From assembly GCF_006345805.1 (NCBI RefSeq), contig NC_043000.1:8618001-8682000 (forward strand): a stretch of DNA of 64,000 nucleotides, written 5' to 3'. The notes under the pieces are model-generated. The model saw nothing but the letters and a program-made list of their open reading frames with translations. It was not told where the DNA came from and did no database searches. The position numbers and the translations under genes are program-made. Numbering within the stretch: position 1 is the stretch's first letter; every line of letters begins with the position of its first letter. Positions 25,195 through 39,008 of this stretch are shown piece by piece. The stretch is from Octopus sinensis. Lineage: Eukaryota.

Positions 25195-25595
25195 TTAAAC
25201 AACTGAGCATGTCCCTTAGTGGCTAACGATATGTGCATCTCTGATCACGAGCAGAAGTAGTGGGAGAGCATCATAGCCATGTGTTGAGAGGAATTCTTTG
25301 GGGTTTGAATAATTCACCTATGGAAACATGGGTGGTTCTTTCAACATCCTTAAATAACCCTTATTCAGGGACCTTTTGAGCGGGATGGGCTACTCAACCT
25401 GAAGAAAATTCTAACTGGGCCCCACCTGCAAGGTCATGTGCTGTTTATCTTGATATGAGATCACCATGTCGCGCACATATGGTTGTGATGCATGTGCCTG
25501 GTCTACCCTTATCAGACGGGTAGTCATGATGAGTATATTGGGCTTCGTATATTTTACCCCAGTGTCACTTTGATGGCATGACTGCTCTCTCACTC
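25195..25595 (+). mobile_element. Probable 3' end of an (AAT)n-targeting non-LTR element
   Basis: Complex 400-bp insert with pure (AAT)n on both sides (25142-25194 and from 25596); no protein motif, so the family call is inferred. Confidence 0.45.
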
Positions 25596-25602
25596 AATGA
25601 TG

Positions 25603-25647
<45 letters not shown>

Positions 25648-25737
25648 TAATAATAATAATAATAATGAATATGAGGATGATGATGATGATGTGATGATAA
25701 TAATAAATAATAATAATATAATAATATAATAATAATA

Positions 25738-25779
<42 letters not shown>

Positions 25780-25787
25780 TGATGATG

Positions 25788-25818
<31 letters not shown>

Positions 25819-25904
25819 ATAATAATAATAATAATAAAATAATAATAATAATAATAAAATAATGAGGATGATGATGATGATGATGATAATAATAATAATA
25901 ATAA

Positions 25905-25935
<31 letters not shown>

Positions 25936-25978
25936 TAATGATAATAATAAAATAATAATTAAAAAAAAAATTTTTTTT

Positions 25979-26127
25979 AGACATTCACTAGTACAACACT
26001 GAATACAAAACCAAATATATGGCACACTAGGCATAACAACAACAAACTTCCAACCTGTTGTCTCTTGAGGTCGCTGGGTGAGACTTGGAGCCAACTTGTA
26101 CAAATATAAAGCAAAAGTCAAACATGG
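25979..26127 (+). mobile_element. Second probable Dong/R4-type 3' end embedded in (AAT)n
   Basis: CTTGAGGTCGCTGGGTGAGACTTGG..AAACATGG followed directly by AATAAT; lies within the AAT/AAC array. Confidence 0.45.
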
Positions 26128-26142
26128 AATAATAATGATAAT

Positions 26143-26178
<36 letters not shown>

Positions 26179-26257
26179 AACAATAAATAATAATAATAAT
26201 AATAATAATATAATAATATAATGACTTTTTTCTATAATACGTACAAGGTTTAGAGAA

Positions 26258-26400
26258 GGGCTAGATGATTGCATCGATTCCAGTACTCGATTGGTGCTTT
26301 ATTTTATCGACCACGAAACGATGAAAGTAGATCTGAGCAGAATCTGAACTCAACGCAAAGATTCGGACGAAATACTTCGAACTATTCTGGCCGGATGAAG
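26258..26400 (-). mobile_element. Degenerate group A SINE
   Basis: TTTATCGACCACGAAACGATGAAAGTAGATCT..GAACTCAAC. Confidence 0.7.
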
Positions 26401-26412
26401 ATGTTAATGGGG

Positions 26413-26443
<31 letters not shown>

Positions 26444-26939
26444 AACAACAAAAAAACAACAACAACAGCAGCAGTCGTCCAAGAATTTGGACCTGGAGAT
26501 CACCATTTCCAGCGACCAAAGTTTTTTTTCCCTCAGAGTCTGGGGTCTCCCGTCCCTAAGCCCTAGACAATCACCTAATCACCCTTACCCATCTTGTTGC
26601 TTAACAACAACAACAGCAGCAGATTCCGCATGGATGGTTGTTAACGTAATTATAATATTCAAAATGATTTCAAAAATCATCAAAATGAAAACGAAATTTA
26701 ACAGGAAAACGAAGAAAGTGTTGTTTTATGAGCTGCAGTGTATAACCACGCATATTTTGTGTACTACATGTGATTATCACATAAACTATATTGTTGAAAT
26801 AACACACATATGTACATAGAATGAGGTTAACGTGGAAGACAAACAAAGCAATGGCACAAACTGTTGAATACAAACAAAACAACAGGAAAGGAATGGCACA
26901 GTAAATAAGTACAACTGATACGCAGTTTGCTATTTGTGC

Positions 26940-26976
<37 letters not shown>

Positions 26977-27451
26977 ATGTTCAACGTATACATACGAAAA
27001 TACTGGAGACAAACAAACGAAACAGACTGTCTAAAAATAAAACCCACGCTATTTAAATAAAGATGAATAAAATATACCCAAGAATAAATCAATCAGTAAA
27101 GAAAACAATGGTGAATTTCGTAGTATGTAATTATTAGGTAATTCACAGGCGGTGTCCTGTTAAAAGAGTAATGCCCTAACAGAAATACCCGCCATTTAAT
27201 GTCAGCATCCAAAATAGAAACAAAATTAAAAAAGAACTCTGGACCAATGAAGATTTGCTTAAAACACGTCAATATTTCATAGAAAACACTTAAGTATTAT
27301 AAAAGACACATGAGTTACGGAGAAAAAAAGAACAACTTGGGGAAAATATTACAACAATACTCTGACGAACGTAGGGAGATTAGTATCAATCAATAAGATC
27401 CTCCGGATACTGAAATAGAGAGGTTTATACATAAAATATGCACTGAAAATA

Positions 27452-28620
27452 TCAGGTCATCCTATAAGTTCTGTCCGAATTTTGAATAAAGAAAACAAGT
27501 GATCAAATGTTATATTTAATTGAAATTTAATCATCATTGCACCTTCTCTGATTATCTATAACTTTCTTCCATCTATTTACAAGCATTTTAATCCCATAAA
27601 TCTAAAACTCTTTTGGTTTCAAAGCGAAGAACTCTGAAATGTAAGTTTCGACCTCCTCCTGGCTTGCGAAAGTTATGTCCCCCAAATGATTCTGTAAACT
27701 ACGAAACAAATGGTAGTCTGAAGGAGCAAGGTCGGGAGAATAAGGTGGATGAGGAATTTTTTCCCAACCAAGCTCTTCGATCTTCTGTGATGTGATCTTT
27801 GCAGTGTGGAGTCGCGCATTGTCCTGATGAAACATCACTACCTTTCGATTCACTAAAGCGGGTCTTTTTTTCTTCAAAGCTTGGTCCAAACGCTCTAATT
27901 GCTCATAGTAGATTTGAGCATTGATTGTTGCATTAGGTGGTAACAATTCAAAGTGAATTACTCCTTTGCGATCCCACCAGATAGAGAGAAGAACTTTTTT
28001 CCATGAAGTTCCCTTCTCGGTTGCGGTTGAGCTGTTTCCCTTTTACCAAGCCACTGTTAACGACGTTTAACATTTCGATAGAAGATCCACTTTTCGTCAC
28101 CAGTCACAAGTCTATCGAAAAAGGGTGAAATGAGTTCGCGAGAATGGAGAGAAGAACAGATGTCAACTCGGGATTTGCGGTTGCTTTTGGACAATTCACG
28201 AGGCACCCATTTTCCAAGTTGTTGAAGATGACGATGAACAGTTGTATGGTTTGAACTAAGCTTTATTGCCAATTCTTCAACTGATAATGCAGGTTTTTCT
28301 TCAAGTAATGCCTCAAGGAGCTTATCATCAAACTCAACTGGACGTCCTGTTCGATCTTCATCTTCAAGGCTGAAATCTCCACTAAAGAATTTTGCAAACT
28401 ATCTTCTGCAAGTTCTTTCATTCAAACATTCTTTCCCATAAACTGAGTGTATGCTTCGAGTGGCTTCGGCTGCAGAGTTTCCTTTTTTGTACTCATAGAG
28501 CATTATGTGCCTCAAATGCTCTTTGGATACTTCCATGTTAGAAAAGGTTTTAATCAAAGAAATTTTAATTCTATTATTCTGTAAAATAATATTTAATTAG
28601 TTTAAATGTAGACAAATGCA
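27452..28620 (-). mobile_element. mariner (DD34D) transposon relic, one TIR visible
   Basis: ATG at 28536 MEVSKEHLRHIMLYEYKKG; WVPREL; TGDEKW; QDNAR-34 aa-YSPDLAPSDY; TA+TCAGGTCATCCTATAAGTTCTGTCCG end; stop codon, frameshifts and a deletion. Confidence 0.92.
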
Positions 28621-30220
28621 TAAAAATAATTTTTAATTCCATTAGACATAATAAAATACTATTTACCTACTATACAATGAAATGAAAACATCTCAACAAA
28701 ATCCAGAGCATACAAAACATGTAACATCCCACAAAAGAAAAACAGCAACACAACTGAGATGTTCACATATGCGAACTAAAACAAGGCAAAAATGATGTAA
28801 AGCCGCTCACGCAATAAACAAATTAAGTATTACAGCAAATGAAAAGCACAAAATGATGGATGAAGACTTTAGGGAGCCTCATGGAAACACTGAGCAAAAT
28901 ACACAACAAATGTACATCGTCGATCCCATATAATAACACACAGACTAAAAGCACACCACGTAAAAGACCAATCAGAGTTAACATTAAGAAGTATCTAAGT
29001 GAAAAAATAACGAAAACAAAAATGAACACTAGAAAATCAATGAAAAGGGTTCAGTGTAAACACCTTCCAAAACTACATTAAATAAATGCATAACATTACA
29101 AAGAAATCAATCTGCGAAGAATAAACAAACATAGTGGACCCTATGGAGATGGAAACGTTTCTTGAAAGTTTCAAATCGTTCATGAAAAGCAGCAAACGCT
29201 TGGATATGTTTCACAGTTTCTTCTTTCTTATCCTTAAATAAACTTAACTTTTGCTGACTGCTGCTGTGACATATCATCCACCCAGAAACTTAAACGTTTT
29301 CTCAATATTTTCTACGTTTTTTTACAGTGTCTAGTTAAAGGCTTTAATTTTTCAGGATAATTTTATTTTGCCAGATTGTTTCATTGTAATTTTCCCGTGA
29401 TTTCTCAAAATTTTTCTTTACTCCTTTTCTTCTCCTGCACATTTTATAGTTAATAGTTTGTTAAGCTCTCGTCACGTAAACTTTAGATTAACATTGCGCT
29501 ATGGAATCAAAAGGGTTTTAAAATTACTTTTTTTTTAAAATTGCATGTGGTAAAATGTTGTTCGAGGAAATTAGGTGTGACTGAACGCTTTCTTTTGTAC
29601 ATGCTGAGAAAGCAACGAGGTAGATCCTTATAAGGGTTTTGTATATAAGCAGGAAATTCCGAAGGTGGCTATGCAACGACAATGGCGTTTCGTTTTGAGA
29701 TTTTATCTGTTAAAACGCTGCTAATTTAAGCGTCACGGTAACGAAGTTTTGTTCACAGATGTAGCATAAAATGAGAAATTAGTGTATAAAGAAAAAATAA
29801 ATTACAAATAGGAAACTAAATTTATTCTTATTAAAGATTTAGAAAAAATTATAAAAATAATGACAAACAAAAAAGTGAAAATATATTGATAACAAAAAGG
29901 AAGAGAAACTTCACTCTTTGGCTGATTTTCTACAAGACTCGACAGAGAAGTCAGAGTGGAAGTCAACAATGGTTAATAATGGTTCAAAAGCACTTGGCAA
30001 AAAGGAGAAGGTTTGATTTTAGCTGCACTGGACTAACCCTCTGCTACAATTATCTACAGAATATAATAAAGTTATTAGAGTCATGGCATTTCGTCCGTCT
30101 GTACGCTCTGAGATCGACTTTAAGTTTCATCCTTTTGGGGCTGATAAAATAAGTACCAGAAGAGCATTGGGGTCGATATGATTGACATACCTCCTCCTCG
30201 AAATTGCTGGCCTCGTGTGG

Positions 30221-30720
30221 AGACAATACAACTAATGAGACGGTTAGTCACATTATCTTCGATTGCCCAATCCTTGTTTAATCCAAATGTAGACACAGGC
30301 ATGAATGAAATAGCAACTGCCTTCTGAGAAATATGAAAGTACTTCGACATGTAAATGGGCGTGGTATAGACATGCACCAAACAGGTATATGACAACAATT
30401 ACTTGCGTATTCAAATTGATAAGGTGGTCGTCGAGACAAAGTCCAGCTATAATAATCAAAGACTGGAAGGAAATTACAAGAATGTTGATGTGTATTACGT
30501 TCCCTTGAGATGGAAAGAAAGGTGAGAAATTGTCAAACTACAAAAATCTCATAACTGAAATAAATAGGATGTGGAATATAAAGGTAATTAGTACCAGTAA
30601 TAATTGGAGTATTAGGTTTGATAAATATGAGCGAACACATAATCCATACCAAGAGATAACATCTCAGATAATCCCCACCAATGCGCAAATATAGAGCTAA
30701 TGAGTACAACTTACATCTTT
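30221..30720 (+). pseudogene. R4/Dong-type CCHC + restriction-like endonuclease relic
   Basis: NETVSHIIFDCPIL, WYRHAP, PAIIIKDWKE, EKLSNYKNLITEINRMWN, VPVIIGVLGLI across frameshifts. Confidence 0.8.
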
Positions 30721-31017
30721 CTTTAAGTTCAGTAACACAACTTCTACACAAGACACAATAACCACCCAATAAAATTACACTACAAACACTCCTTCAAAGA
30801 CGATACTCGACACTACTATCTACCGATAGATGTTATCAACAACTCACAACTTGCATTCTACACACCTGCAACAAACCACACACTACATAGTTGGCAAAAT
30901 CACTGCCTGTCACTGAAACACATAACCCCAATTACACGCGATATACAAAACATTCACCATCCAACAAAATATCGCAACTCACACTGCGTATATTTTACAG
31001 AACAAACGAAATATCGA

Positions 31018-31448
31018 TTTCAAATTTTGGCAAAAAGCCAGCAAATTTGGTGGGAGGGGCTAAGTCGATTACGTCAACCCCAGTGTTCAACTGGTACTTA
31101 TTTCATCGCCTCCAAAGGATGAAAGGCAAAGTTAATTTCGGCAGAATTTTAACCCAGAACGTAAAAACAGACAAAATGTCGGTAAAAATTTTGCCCGGCG
31201 TGCTAACGATTCTACCAGCTCACTGCTTTCGAACAAACGAAATATTCTTTTCTACTCAAGGCACAAGGCCCAAAATTTTGGAGGAGGGGGGGCAGTCGAT
31301 TAGATCGACCTCAGTACGCAACTGGTACTTAATTTATCGACCCCGAAAGGATGAAAGGTAAAGTCGACCTCGGCAGAGTTTGAACTCACACGAAATACCA
31401 CTAAGCATTTCGCCCGGCGTGCTAACGTTTCTGCCAGATCACTGCCTT
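31018..31448 (-). mobile_element. Two tandem group A SINEs
   Basis: Core motif present twice. Confidence 0.88.
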
Positions 31449-31499
31449 GAACAAACGAAATATTGTACAAGGAACAAAGCCAAGAATTTATGAAAAAGG

Positions 31500-31900
31500 A
31501 ACAGTCAATTACACCAACCCAGCTACTTGACGAGTACTCGTCAATCTCGGAATACTCACCCACCTTTCGATAAACAAACTGGAAAGCAGCATATTCCTCT
31601 CTGCTGTCAATCTCCTATTCAAATAGTCTTTAAAGAAATCCATACAAATTTGGCCGGAGAGCAAAATACCTGTCTTCAAATCTTTTAACATTGTTCCCAC
31701 ACGTCCCCACGCCGTAGGCATTAGGCAAAAGAAGACTAGCCACCTTTCTCAGCAAAAGTAAGGTAGTCGATAAATTTTCACTGCAGGTTCTGTTGGTCGA
31801 TAGATCCATTCTACAACAGTTATTCACAATAAGCCTCCGTGTCAACAATGCAGGGACAGTGACCGAGAGTGTGCAGGTCGGTTTCGTCAAATTATGTACA
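31500..31900 (-). pseudogene. L1/Tx1-like C-terminal relic
   Basis: ETDLHTLGHCPAL (zinc-knuckle-like); LKTGILLSGQICMDFFKDYLNRRLTAERNML...FIERWV. Confidence 0.6.
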
Positions 31901-31995
31901 TCTGGGGCAATTTTTGGTTGTCAGTACTTCCTTGTTTGTAGAGCCTGTCTCGAACAAACAATTTTCTCTTTTTATATCACTGCCACGTCAAGCAC

Positions 31996-32300
31996 TTTAT
32001 TTGTTCCTTCTCGAGCCACGCCTGGCTCATAAAGGCCGGTTTCCTGGTTTCCTTGGCGTATACGTTCCCCACCTGGACTGGACGCCGGTCCGTCGCAGGT
32101 GAGCTGCAAGATGCAGGAGGAAAGAGTGAGAGAAAGTTGTGGCGAAAGAGTCAGTAGAAGTTCGCCATTACCTGCTGCCGGAGTTGCGTGGGGCTTAGGT
32201 GTTTCGCTCATAAACACACACATCGCCCGGACTGAGATTCGAACCCGCGATCCCTCGACCGCGAGTCCGCTGCTCTAACCACTAGGCCATGTGCCTCCAC
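31996..32300 (-). mobile_element. Group C SINE, tRNA-Arg(TCG)-like head
   Basis: Minus strand GGAGGCACATGGCCTAGTGGTTAGAGCAGCGGACTCGCGGTCGAGGGATCGCGGGTTCGAATC. Confidence 0.9.
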
Positions 32301-32426
32301 ACTCAAGCACTTTAGGATATTAAAAAAAAATCCTTGACATTAAAACATCATCAAGAAAAGATTATTAAATGTTGTTCATTCTGTCCCCGTCGACTCTCAG
32401 AATGTATGTATGTATGTATGTATGTA

Positions 32427-32463
<37 letters not shown>

Positions 32464-32559
32464 ATGCATGTATGTATGTATGTATGTATGTAGTGGTGTG
32501 TGTGTATGAAACACGCATTAAAATTTATTGAGAGATGTATTTCAGCAAGTCATGCAAGT

Positions 32560-33140
32560 ATTTTGTAGTCACTATACAAAATGGCAAATGCTTTATTCCG
32601 AAGAATGCGACGGGAGATGCAGTGACATATCCATTGCACTACATGGGCTCGTTCCTGTGGACGGCTACCTCTATTGCGATCAGAGTGAGTACGAAAGGGA
32701 ATCGGGCTGCCAGGATGTCTGGCGTTTGCATCACTAAATGTTCGCAATGGAACCTGACGAAGAGCAACAGCTGCTTGGTCAGCTTGCGATGTTCAGTTTT
32801 TTGAGTAACAAAACCTGGGTCCGTCTCCGATTTCTGCAGATTGTTGCTGGAGAAAGAATCAATGCAGATCGCGTCCCAAATTAAAGATTTGGAGCCTCAG
32901 AATGGCTCATTACAATTTAGCATCAGAATTAGACTCAGCTCTTCGCCATCAATAGGTAGTCATGGTTACAATTTAGCGCCAACAGTTGAATGGTTGAAGC
33001 GCTTGAAAAGATTGAGAAGTGAACTCTACTTCTCCGGTCAAGCTCTCTTCAACTACTTCAGTTCCTCTTCAAACGGGAAGTGCTACCCTGTAACAAATAT
33101 GATGAAATGTGAGTGCAGTTTACGAAACTGGGACGTATGA
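32560..33140 (+). pseudogene. L1/Tx1-like C-terminal relic (same family as 31500-31900, opposite strand)
   Basis: CDQSE; FSGQALFNYF aligns with LSGQICMDFF. Confidence 0.45.
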
Positions 33141-33399
33141 AAGGACCGATTCCTAAACTGTGTCTAGTGTTTGTAGCCAAAAGAGAGTAACCCCCCAGAG
33201 TGCTAAACGGGTGGTATCTTGGATCATTCATAGGTGTAAGTTTCTATTCTTGTATGTACATTTGTTTGTTTTATATTGTCATATATCTTTCATGTTTTTT
33301 TTTGCGTTAATGTATAAGTCAACATATTGGTTTGCAATAATTTCCTGTAAAATGTTTTGTATGCATGTGTGAGTGACTTTTGGACACTATAGAAAGAAT

Positions 33400-34015
33400 C
33401 TGGCGGAATTGCTCGAACATCCAAGAAAATGCTTTGCGATATGTTCTGGTTTCTTACGTTCTTGATTCAAATCACGTCGACTTTGGTTTCATATAACCAG
33501 GATCGATAAAATAAAGTATTGGTCAATTATTTGTATCGATATAATCGATTTCCCCCTTATCCTCCTTATCTCTGACCTTGTTTTCGTAACTGTAATTATT
33601 ATTATAGATTGAAATAAGGCGGTGAGCTTAATGGCATTTCGTCAGTCCTTACGTTCTGAGTTTAAAATCCGCCGAGATTGACCTTACCTTTTATCCTTTC
33701 GGGGTCGATTAAATAAGTACCAGTTGAATACTGGGATCGATGCAATCGATTTATCCCCCCCCCCCGCAATTGTTGGTCTTGTACCAAAACTTGAAATCAT
33801 TATTATATACTGCAAAAGAGCAATCAATGGATAGAATCGCGACGGCATTGAATAAAATGCTTTGCAATATTTGTCTCGGCTCTTTATGTTTTGAGTTCAA
33901 ATTCGCCGAGGTCAGTTTAGCCTTTCATCTATTCGGTATCGATTAAATAAAGTTAACTGTCAAGTACTCGGCTAATTCTGATCCTTAAAATATTTGGCTT
34001 TGTGCCTATGTATGA
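33400..34015 (+). mobile_element. Three degenerate group A SINEs in tandem
   Basis: Repeated core motif. Confidence 0.75.
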
Positions 34016-34321
34016 AATTATTATTTATAGATTGGAAATTTTCTTAATCATGCCACAACAGTAATTACTGCAGATATTTAATGCAATTAAGATACTCTAC
34101 AAGTTTCATAATAATTTAGAAAATTGATACTGCAATCCTGCCAGTAAAGTAGTTACAGATTTATGAAATATAGTAAACGCCCGTATATAGTTACAGTTGA
34201 TTGAGTAAAATGCAGTGGTGCCTCCCTACTCAGAATTACTTTAAAGTTTAGGTGCAAATTCTAGAAGCTAAGAAATTTCATGATCTGCAACAGTATCAGA
34301 TCACTCGTCTGTGTAAATACT

Positions 34322-34343
34322 ACTAATAATAATGATGATGATG

Positions 34344-34376
<33 letters not shown>

Positions 34377-34454
34377 TAATAATAATATAATAATAATAAT
34401 AATAATATAATAATAATAATGATGATGAAGATGATGATAATAATAATGATAATA

Positions 34455-34491
<37 letters not shown>

Positions 34492-34522
34492 TAATAATAA
34501 TAATAATAATATAATAATAATA

Positions 34523-34557
<35 letters not shown>

Positions 34558-34630
34558 TAATAATAATAATAATAATGATGATGAAGATGATGATAATAAT
34601 AATAATAATGATAATAATAATAATAATAAC
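34322..34630. repeat. (AAT)/(GAT) microsatellite continuous with the tail of a minus-strand group A SINE
   Basis: Direct reading. Confidence 0.95.
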
Positions 34631-34634
34631 ATTC

Positions 34635-35672
34635 CTTCTTCTATAGGCACAAAACCTGAAATTGGGGCGGAAGAGGCTAGAGGGTTACATCGATCTCACT
34701 ACTTGACTATTATTTTATTGACGCCGAAAAGATGAAAGGCAAAGTCGACCTCGGTGAAATTTGAATTCAGAACGTAAAACCTGAAGAAATGTCGCTAAGC
34801 ATTTTGTCCGGTGTGCTTAACGATCCTACCAGTTCGCTGCCTTAACAGTAAGAATAATGGTTTCAAATTTTAGCAAAGGCCAGCAATTTCAGAGGAGCGG
34901 GTAAGTTGATTACATCGACCACCAGTGCTCAACTGGTACTTGTTTTATCGATCCCGAAAAGGTTAATGGCAAAGTCGTCTACGGCGGAATGTGAACTCAG
35001 AACGTAAAGGCTCTGCCAGTTCGCAGTCTTAATAATAATATTTCTTTCTACTATAGGCACAAGGCCTGAAATTTGGTGGGGAGCGGTTAGACGGTGACAT
35101 CGACCCCAGTACTTGATTGGTACTTATTTTATTGACTCTGGAAGGATGAAAGGCAAAGTCGACCACGGCGGAATTTGAACTCAGTATGTAAAGACAGGCG
35201 AAGTGCTACTAAGCAGTTTGACCGGCGCGCTAACAATGCTGCCAGCTCGCCGCCTTATTAACGATATTTCTTTCTACTATAAGCACAAAGCCAGAAATTT
35301 AGGGGCAGCTAGAATAGTCGATTACATCTACCCAAGTGTTCAACTGGTACTTTATTTTATCGACCATGAGAAGATGAATGGCAATGTCGACCTCACCAGG
35401 ATTTCAGCTCAGAATGTAAAGACGGAGGAAAATGCCGCTAAGCAGTTTGACGTGCTAACGATTCTGATAGGTCATTGCCTTAATTAATAATCCTTTTTAT
35501 TATAAGCAGAAGGTCGGAAATTTAGTGGAAAGAGGCCAGTCGATTACATGGTACTTATTTTATTGGCCCAGGAAGGATGAAAGGCAAAGACGACCTCGGA
35601 TGAATTTAAATTCGGACTGTAAAAAAAGGAGGAAAACCGATCGGCGAGCTAACGATTCTGCAGGCTCGCCAC
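34635..35672 (-). mobile_element. Array of five head-to-tail group A SINEs
   Basis: Units begin near 34635, 34855, 35035, 35262 and 35490. Confidence 0.9.
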
Positions 35673-35683
35673 TTTAACATTTT

Positions 35684-36253
35684 TATTGGGTTGTCTGGAA
35701 AGTTCGTGCTGATTTATAGTAGCTTACCTTTCGACTTATTTTAGAACATGGTTGAGTCCATAAAATAGGATTTGACTACATATCTATTCAGAGCACAGTT
35801 TAAACTATCTTTTCATGGAAGAAAGTTTATGTTCCTATAAACTGTGTTAATTCTGTAACCCTTTAAAATGGAAGATAAGAAAGTTAATTTCCAGCACTTG
35901 ATGCTTTGGGAACCAGACAAAAATTGCTGCAGCTCGGCTGGGATGTATTACCCCACCCTCCATATTCACCAGATATTGCTCCTTCGGATTTCCACTTATT
36001 CAGGTTTCTGCAGAATAGTCTTAATAGTAAAAATTTCAATTCCTTGGATGACGTAAAAAGATACCTTGATGAATGCTTTGTCATGAAACCACCTCAATTC
36101 GGGGAAGAGGGTATTTTCAAGTTAAAGGACAGATGGAGACGCATTGTGCAACAAAATGGTTCATATTTGGTTGATTAAAAATGTAATGGCAAGTATTTAT
36201 TGACCTTTTTCTTTCCTTTAAAAGTCAGCACGAACTTTCCGGACAATCCAATA
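35684..36253 (+). mobile_element. Internally deleted mariner with both TIRs and TA target duplication
   Basis: TA-TTGGGTTGTCTGGAAAGTTCGTGCTGA...TCAGCACGAACTTTCCGGACAATCCAA-TA; MEDKKVNFQHLMLW joined near 35911 to TRQKLLQLGWDVLPHPPYSPDIAPSDFHLF. Confidence 0.95.
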
Positions 36254-37229
36254 CTTTGTCGAAATAGCCGATTGATCAATCATATTTATATCTACGAGAG
36301 GCGGTTCTCAAATGATACAGCAAGGTACAATGGCATGCCACAAGATGTAGATTAGTGGTATACAGAAATAACTGATTCTATGTTTTTCTTTTAATTTATG
36401 TAATTGTTTCTTGTGTGAAAAGAAGAAAGAGAAAAGTAGAATCAGAAATTCTAAATATAATGTCTTGATAATTACGATCAATGATTTATGAACCTTAAAT
36501 TAGCTTTTACTAACAGAAACACTGTCCGTTTTTCCACTAGTTTATTTAACACACGCGCACACGCACGTGTTCGCACACACACACATAATGGCACGTACAC
36601 ACATACTTACACATGTATATATAGAGAATTACAATAACTCTATATATACATACATACACGCACATACATTTGAGTATGCATGTGTGTGTGTATACATGTA
36701 TATTATATGATAATAATAATAAATAAATGTATATATATATGCGCGTGTGTGTGTGTGCGTGCGTGCGTGTGCATATATGGGTTTAGGACGTCAACTGTGC
36801 AAACAACATGAAATACGTAGACAAATGAGTTAAATATGTAAACGAGAGAAAAAATGGAAAATTGGACAAGTAAACACAGAGAAACAACCCTTCATCAGTT
36901 GTCGGCTGTCTATCTACTCGTTTCGAGCATTCTATGACAATGTGACTTTCCAAAAGCAGTTGCTCCCATAAATTCTAAAATGAAATTTAGGATTTATGGA
37001 GGGTCAAAGTTGAGAACAGAAATAGAACATTGGAGACATACGAGGAAACTGAGCGAAAAGAAACATGGAGGGTCGTTAGACCAGAAAGAGAAGAAAAATA
37101 GTGAACGCTGGGAGAAATATTTTCTTTAAAAAGAGAAAACTGCTTTGAGCGTCCGTGCAGGTAAAGAACGATGGTCACATGAGGAAAGTATATATATATA
37201 TATATATATATTAATATATATATTATATA

Positions 37230-37283
<54 letters not shown>

Positions 37284-37348
37284 TAGAAATGGTAAAACAA
37301 CAAAAGAATGAAAGTGACCTCGATATTATGTAAATAAAGGAATTTATC

Positions 37349-37408
37349 TGTAAATATAATTTGTGACAATTATTCGGTAGCCATTAATTGTCACATATTA
37401 TATTTACA
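37349..37408. repeat. Short fold-back (24-bp arms, 12-nt loop) between TA tracts
   Basis: TGTAAATATAATTTGTGACAATTA-ttcggtagccat-TAATTGTCACATATTATATTTACA, one mismatch. Confidence 0.8.
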
Positions 37409-37892
37409 CACACATATATATATACAATTTAAAAATAGGATAAAATCATTATAAGAAATTATCAAGCAGTTAGCGTGAAAATCCTCATAAGGAAAAATTT
37501 ATTAATTTTTCCCTTTAAATATATTTATTGATATTAAGGACATTACTATACATAAATGCCTCACGCTAGGAGGGACTCTTAAAGCAAAAACTACCATAAT
37601 AAACACATTGTACCGAACGCGAGGGAATGCAACTCTCGAAGCGAGCTTTTTAAAAACAGATTCAGCTGCAGATCATATGATTTTATAATTAGTACACAAA
37701 ATGCACTTTTTAATCGTCAGTGCATGCATAATCAAGAGACATAAAAATGAACAGAAAATCAACATACTAGACGAACACCAAATGTATCCAGCATAGTACA
37801 TAGAATTGTTCACACTTATATATCTATGTACACGTGTTTATTCAGAATAAAATTCAGCACTGAATATGTTCCGGTTAATATATATATATATA

Positions 37893-37931
<39 letters not shown>

Positions 37932-37992
37932 TATATAATATTATATATATATATATATATATCATATAGTTTTATATATATTAGTATACATA

Positions 37993-38190
37993 TTCTTTTA
38001 TTCTTCAGTCATTTAACTGCGGCCATGCTGGAGCACCATCTTTAGTCGAGCAAATCGACCCCTGGACTTTTTCTTGTAAGCCTAGTACTTATTCTATCGG
38101 CCTCTTGTCGAAGCGCTAAGTTAGGGGACGTAAACACCAGCATGGGTTGTCAAGTGATGTTGGGCGGGACAAACACATACACACACACAT

Positions 38191-38242
<52 letters not shown>

Positions 38243-38402
38243 CGGGCTTCTTTCAGTTTCCATCTACCAAATCCACTCAAAAGGCTATTGTCGGCCCGAG
38301 GCTATAGTAGAAGACACTTGTCCAAGGGCCACGCAATGGGACTGAACCCGGAACCATGTAGTTGGGAAGCAATTTACTTACCACACAGCCACTCCTGCGT
38401 CT
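37993..38402 (-). mobile_element. Group B SINE, full length
   Basis: Match to other copies. Confidence 0.9.
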
Positions 38403-38464
38403 ATATATATATATATAGATAGATAGATAGATAGACAAACAGACATGTGTGTCTGAGCATGTGT

Positions 38465-38500
<36 letters not shown>

Positions 38501-39008
38501 TATATTATTTCGTGTGTGTGTGTGTGTGTTCTACTTAAGACGACAGGACATGCTTTGGGGACTTTTGGTTACTGTTTCTAGCAGATTGAGCAACTACACA
38601 CAAGCTCTTTCTCTCTCTTTCTCTCTCTCTCTCTCTCTTTCTCTGTATCGTAGTCTGTGTTTCGTATTTTACAATTGTGGTTGAACAGGCGGGAAAAAAT
38701 ATGAATAAGTAGATTATTTCCGCGAGAGTGTTAATTTCCTAATGACTCATTCATTACCTTAATTGAAGGATGTAATTTGAGGAAAGCTTGGTTGCTAACC
38801 CGAGTAAGTCAAGCGGTAGCAACCGCACAAAGTTGTTCTCTCCTTTATTCGAAGTAAATTTGGTTGTTGTCGCAAAATCTTAGATGAGTCGTAATGAGAC
38901 AAAAACTGAGAAAAAGTGTTTCAGTTGTGACGACCTCGTTGTTTTGTAAATGTAGAACGAAGTTGCTTAATACAACTTTCATTTAAGGTGGTACACTATG
39001 ATTTGTGA

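Noticed and set aside
34635-35672. CRISPR-like repeat array
   Set aside because: Units are about 200-bp diverged SINEs with no short identical repeats, unique spacers or cas genes; the DNA is eukaryotic.
36885-36930. Type II hammerhead on the minus strand (GAAACGAGTA...CTGATGA)
   Set aside because: No stem I hairpin and no stem II pairing; it may still be PLE-derived.
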